Of a stretch of DNA of 64,000 nt, positions 59,950 to 64,000 are shown one piece after another. How positions within the stretch are numbered: position 1 is the stretch's first letter; every line of letters starts with the position of its first letter. Source of the DNA: an uncultured Candidatus Saccharibacteria bacterium (GTDB lineage: Bacteria > Patescibacteriota > Minisyncoccia > Phycocordibacterales > DATDWN01); contig CAZQYV010000001.1 in NCBI GenBank assembly GCA_964597675.1, forward strand, positions 81,644 to 145,643, written 5' to 3'. The translations under genes and the position numbers were made by a program. The notes beneath the pieces were generated by a model. The model saw nothing but the letters and a program-made list of their open reading frames with translations. It was not told the origin of the DNA and ran no database searches.

Positions 59950-60669
59950 TCAGTGGGGGAGATTGCTATTAGATCTAACAAAATTCCTAATACAGCGACT
60001 ATTTTTAAAATTTTCTACAATTCGTCTTATGGTTTCCGATGATGTTGTCTCTTTTACATAATTTGTCACATATGTTTTGTTTGTAACTTGTATGTTTCCA
60101 GTATTATTCATCATAAGTGCGAGCAAATAGTCTTCAGGATTACGGCTTAATCCAATCTCTCGGGAATATAGAATACTATCTTGATATATTTTTACAATTT
60201 TATCTTTGTCTTTTAACCAGAAAGCAAAACTTGGTCCCCATATCCAAGACGTCGCTTTTTCATTTTCTGAAACACATATGTATTTATTAAATATGTTTAA
60301 AATATAACAAAGATTAGTGCCTTTAAATTTTATCCAAGACCCAACCAATATATTTTCATTACGCGTGAGTGTTGCCACCATCACTTCAACCCAATTATTT
60401 TTTGCGAAGGAATCTCCGTCGATGCAGAGCACGATATCTCCGGTGACATGGCGAATTCCTTCAATCCGTGCAGGAACGATGCCAGTGGCTCCTGCAAAGG
60501 GGATAACAGTAATATGGAATTTACTCGCAATTTCCACGGTCTTGTCTGTACAGTTGTGTGCGATAAGGATTACCTCATCTGCCTTTTTAGTCTGGTTGAG
60601 GATTGATCGAATACATTGTTCAATGTGAGTTTCTTCATTATGAGCAATGATTAGGATAGAGATTTTCAT
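59950..60669 (-). CDS. family 2 glycosyltransferase
   Basis: SILIIAHNEE...DGD motif pattern of GT2. Confidence 0.65.
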   Translation of the reverse strand: MKISILIIAHNEETHIEQCIRSILNQTKKADEVILIAHNCTDKTVEIASKFHITVIPFAGATGIVPARIEGIRHVTGDIVLCIDGDSFAKNNWVEVMVATLTRNENILVGSWIKFKGTNLCYILNIFNKYICVSENEKATSWIWGPSFAFWLKDKDKIVKIYQDSILYSREIGLSRNPEDYLLALMMNNTGNIQVTNKTYVTNYVKETTSSETIRRIVENFKNSRCIRNFVRSNSNLPH

Positions 60670-60699
60670 GCTTCAAATCCTATCACATTTTTAGATGTT

Positions 60700-61430
60700 T
60701 TTTGAGTAGGAGAGAGCGAGAATTTTTGCCTCGAAATTTTCAATTTCGTCAAAAGGAGCGAGAGTTTCTCACTCGACTTAAAAATTTCTCGTCAGAAATT
60801 TTTAGTCTGTGCACTGACTCGCGTCCTGCTTTTGCTAAAGCAGGAATCGCTCCGTCGTTCGAATCTCGACACAATCTGCTAACAGCAGATTGTTCTCTCT
60901 CCGTAAACAAAAAGCGCCTTTCGGGATTTTGTTGGCGGAGAGAGCGAGAGTTTCTCCTACAATTTTTTCTCGTCGCCACTCGAAAAAATTCTAGGCGCCA
61001 GATGTGCGACAAACTCTGCTAAGTTTGTAGACCGCACATCTGTTCGAATCTCGCGCGCATAGCTTCGCTTTGCTTCTCTCCGCAAAAAGAAAACCCGTTT
61101 CGGGGTCCTTTTTGCGGAGAGAGCGAGATTCGAACTCGCGGTTCCAATTAAGGAACGACGGTTTAGTAAACCGTTGATTTAAACCACTCATCCATCTCTC
61201 CATATACTCGCTATGCTCGAATGGAGCTGCTTTCGCAGATCGATGGATTCGTGGTCGGTGATTACACCGGCTCGGTGTGAAGTAGTTCACACCATCGCCC
61301 ATCTCATCCATCTCTCTGTATACTCACCTGAACATTAGGAATATAGCATTTTTCTGTGGATTGATAAAGTTTTTTTGCGGAGACGGGGAGAGTTTCTGCC
61401 TCGAAATTTTCAATTCCGTCAAATTGAAAA
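60700..61430. repeat. tRNA-fragment repeat region: three copies of a tRNA 3'-end core (gcggagagagcgaga and gcggagacggggaga classes), each followed by gtttctgcctcgaaattttcaatt[c/t]cgtcaaa-type flanks, plus a partial duplicate of the 5' end of the 61115-61201 tRNA
   Basis: Copies at 60708-60752, 60945-60990, 61377-61424 and 61290-61318. Confidence 0.6.
61115..61201 (-). tRNA. type II (long variable arm) Ser-like tRNA with apparent anticodon ACU
   Basis: Acceptor GGAGAGA/TCTCTCC, G73 discriminator, anticodon stem ACGGT/ACCGT with loop TTACTAA, variable arm GTTCC/GGAAC, T arm GCGAG-TTCGAAT-CTCGC. Confidence 0.55.
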
Positions 61431-61525
61431 TTTCTGGCCACCGGTTTGTCGACAAGCCCTGCTGGGCTAGTAAACCGACAAACCGTTCGAATCTCCCACG
61501 TAAAGCTTCGCTTTACTCGTTCCTG

Positions 61526-61615
61526 CGGAGACGGGGAGATTCGAACTCCCGAGGCCTTTTAAAGGGCCTGCCTCTTTAGCAAAGAGGTACGTTAGACCAC
61601 TCTGACACGTCTCCA
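61526..61615 (-). tRNA. tRNA-Ser (GCU)
   Basis: Acceptor GGAGACG/CGTCTCC, G73, anticodon stem CCTCT/AGAGG with loop TTGCTAA, long variable arm AGGCC/GGCCT, T arm GGGAG-TTCGAAT-CTCCC. Confidence 0.75.
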
Positions 61616-61636
61616 TAATCTTTCTACGGTATCATA

Positions 61637-62308
61637 TTAGTGAGCGATGGTAAACGCAAAGACGTTTTTTGCGCCAACTCCAAGGAGGGTTTCTCGTGCT
61701 TCGGCGAGGGTACTTCCCGTGGTGACCACGTCATCAATCAAAACAACATATGCATTTTCGACTTGTGGGTTTGCAGAGAAGCAGCCAACTAAATTTTTCA
61801 TACGTTCCTGACGCGAGAGACTTCGACTTTGTTTCGGAGTCTCTTTTATTTTTTCTAGCCACTGTGGCGCATAGAGCATTGTGTGTGAAGTGTCGCACAT
61901 AAAAATTGCTTTCGCTATATATTCACTTTGGTTGTACCCTCGTTCTATTCGTCTTTCTCGTGAAATGGGGATAGGGATCAGAATCCATTTACTGTCACAG
62001 TCAAAAAGTATGGCATCCGTCATTAGGGCAAGGATTTCGTCATATAAAAGTTGGCCAATTGTTTCGAGGTGCAGAGTATTGTGTCGATATTTTAATTCCC
62101 AAATTAATGCGCGAACGCGGTAGTCTCGGTATTGAAAGAGTGCGTGTACGTAACTGTGTCCTGAAACGGGGGATGATTTTGGGAGAGAGGGAATGTCTTC
62201 GGCGGTCAATTTTTGTATCACCGTAAAATTTTCTCGGTGCGGTGCAATGAGATCGAGTAGTTGGTACCACAATATCGTGACACTTTTCAACATATCTATA
62301 TTATACAA
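61637..62308 (-). CDS. comF: ComF family phosphoribosyltransferase-domain protein
   Basis: PRTase motif VVLIDDVVTTGSTL; N-terminal Cys/His cluster. Confidence 0.7.
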   Translation of the reverse strand: MYNIDMLKSVTILWYQLLDLIAPHRENFTVIQKLTAEDIPSLPKSSPVSGHSYVHALFQYRDYRVRALIWELKYRHNTLHLETIGQLLYDEILALMTDAILFDCDSKWILIPIPISRERRIERGYNQSEYIAKAIFMCDTSHTMLYAPQWLEKIKETPKQSRSLSRQERMKNLVGCFSANPQVENAYVVLIDDVVTTGSTLAEARETLLGVGAKNVFAFTIAH

Positions 62309-62338
62309 GAGGTGGCTATGCTATACTATATCTGTCGT

Positions 62339-63442
62339 ATGGCAAACTTTTTTTCACGTTTACTCAATCGCGAAACTCCTAGCATCTTGGGTATTGATGT
62401 TGGCTCATCATCTATCAAGATCGTACAAATAAAACGTCAAAATGGACGGGCGATTTTAGAGACGTATGGTGAACTTGCTCTCGGACCATATGCTGGGGGT
62501 AGTATTGGTGAACCAACAAATCTGCCAGTTGAAAAGATCATAGAAGCGCTACTAGATTTACTTCGAGAAAAAGAAGTTAAAATTAGTACAAACGTCTGTG
62601 GCATTGCAGTACCTTTTTCATCAAGTCTTGTCACTGCTATCGAAATGCCAATGGTGCCAATGAAGCAACTTGCCCAAATGGTGCCAATCGAGGCCCGCAA
62701 ATATATTCCTGTACCTATTTCCGAGGTCACACTAGACTGGTCAGTTATTCCTCAAACTAAAAGTCCGGAAGCAAGCGATGATGTAAAGGGTGTACAAAAA
62801 CTCGAAGTGCTTTTGGTGGCACTTCACAACAGCACAGTAGAACGATACAAAGAAATTGTGACAAAGAGTGGACTCGATGCTAGTTTTTTTGAAATAGAAA
62901 TATTCAGCACAATGCGTTCAGTACTCGACCAAGAGCCAGATCCTGTCATGATTGTCGATATGGGAGCAACAAGCACCAAGTTATATGTTGTCGAGCGAGG
63001 CGTATTACGTGGGTCACATACAATAAATCGTGGCTCACAGAGTATAACAACCACATTGTCAAAATCTCTCGGAATTTCACTTGCAGAAGCGGAGATTATG
63101 AAACGAGAGAAAGGTTTGATTGGTGAAGTAGATGGTATTGATATCAAAAGTGTCATTACGGTTACACTCGATTATATTTTTTCTGAAGCAAATCAAGTGG
63201 TCTTGGCATATCAGAAAAAATACAATAGAAATGTTGGCAAGATAGTTCTAGTGGGTGGGGGGAGTGCCTTAAAAGGTCTTGTCGATGTGGCAAAAAACAA
63301 TTTTCAGACAATGGTTGTTGGCGGAGATCCATTTTCAAAGGTTGTTGCACCAGCATTCTTGGAACAAATTTTACGCGAAACAGGTCCAGAATTTGCGGTG
63401 TCTGTCGGTGTTGCATTGAGAAGACTACAAGAGCTCGATTAA
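62339..63442 (+). CDS. pilM: type IV pilus assembly ATPase-fold protein PilM
   Basis: Actin-like fold, GIDVGSSSIKIV N-terminus; start at MANFFSRLL. Confidence 0.75.
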   Translation: MANFFSRLLNRETPSILGIDVGSSSIKIVQIKRQNGRAILETYGELALGPYAGGSIGEPTNLPVEKIIEALLDLLREKEVKISTNVCGIAVPFSSSLVTAIEMPMVPMKQLAQMVPIEARKYIPVPISEVTLDWSVIPQTKSPEASDDVKGVQKLEVLLVALHNSTVERYKEIVTKSGLDASFFEIEIFSTMRSVLDQEPDPVMIVDMGATSTKLYVVERGVLRGSHTINRGSQSITTTLSKSLGISLAEAEIMKREKGLIGEVDGIDIKSVITVTLDYIFSEANQVVLAYQKKYNRNVGKIVLVGGGSALKGLVDVAKNNFQTMVVGGDPFSKVVAPAFLEQILRETGPEFAVSVGVALRRLQELD

Positions 63443-63521
63443 TTTTTATACTAATCAATTATTTATACACAGGTTCGTAGTGTTTTATAGCGTGATGTAT
63501 TATACTTATATCAAAGTATAT

Positions 63522-64000
63522 GGATCCTAAATTTCAAACATCGTTCATTCCGAAAAAACCTATCGTTATTGGTGGCCTCTCAGCCACTCTTCCAAAGGAT
63601 GATTCTGTTGGGTTGTTTTATATTGTTAGTGTAATATTGTTTATTGTGACTTTATTTTCTATGGCTGGTTTATATGGATACAAAATCATTGTCTCAAAAC
63701 AATTACAACAAGCAGAGACAGAATTAAATGCAGCACGTGAGGCTTTTGATCCAAATGCTGTACAGGATTTAATTAGCACAAGCAGGCGTATTTCGTTTGC
63801 GGATCAGTTACTCAGCAAACATGTTGCAACTTCACGGATTCTCGATTTACTTGGATCACTAACAATCAAAAAGTTTAAATTTAATACACTCTCATATAAA
63901 AATGACGAGGGTGGTTCAAAGGTTACAGCTGAAGTTGAGTCACTCTCATATAGTATGTTTGGCCAGCAAGCTTTACTTTTTCAAGCAGATTCAAATTTGA
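63522..64000 (+). CDS. PilN/PilO-like pilus assembly protein, partial; runs off the window end
   Basis: Short cytoplasmic N-terminus, single TM, then a coiled-coil segment; follows pilM. Confidence 0.4.

Noticed and set aside
60702-61311. Several 70-106 aa ORFs on both strands across the tRNA and repeat region
   Set aside because: They overlap tRNA genes and the att-like repeats, and are low-complexity Arg/Ser-rich frames with no RBS
60700-61430. Possible CRISPR-like or tandem array
   Set aside because: The repeated units are tRNA 3'-end cores plus flanks with irregular spacing, so they are better explained as att-site duplications

Overview
This 64 kb window comes from an AT-rich bacterial genome. 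It is dominated by the translation core: the str operon (rpsL, rpsG, fusA, tuf) runs directly into the S10-spc ribosomal protein cluster (rpsJ through secY, adk, map), and an infC-rpmI-rplT operon, an smpB/tmRNA pair, ftsH, recG and a tRNA gene cluster lie further downstream. The ribosomal cluster has no L30 gene (rpmD) and carries a zinc-ribbon (Z-type) S14, which is the pattern reported for CPR/Patescibacteria-like lineages. Placing the genome there is an inference. What makes the window unusual is how many accessory insertions sit inside normally contiguous operons.

1. Three tandem genes for secreted paralogs lie between rpsG and fusA. Their 5' modules are nearly identical at the nucleotide level and their C-termini differ.
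2. A 982-aa transmembrane protein is wedged between fusA and tuf.
3. A repeat-rich 650 bp spacer separates rpsJ from rplC.
4. A 1.2 kb insert between rplB and rpsS carries a promoter-to-terminator structured ncRNA and two small-protein cassettes.
5. A complete diversity-generating retroelement sits between secY and adk. It has a DGR-type reverse transcriptase, an Avd, a template repeat, and a GC-rich target gene whose C-terminal variable repeat differs from the template at adenine positions.

Other recurring signals are about eight GC-rich autonomous gene cassettes that share a near-identical sigma70-like promoter, about 90 nt MITE-like palindromic repeats in r-protein intergenic spacers, several genes with a TATAAT box only 6-9 nt before the ATG (leaderless-like), and a tRNA cluster with duplicated tRNA 3'-end segments that look like att-site scars. 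No rRNA genes, CRISPR arrays or IS transposases were seen.
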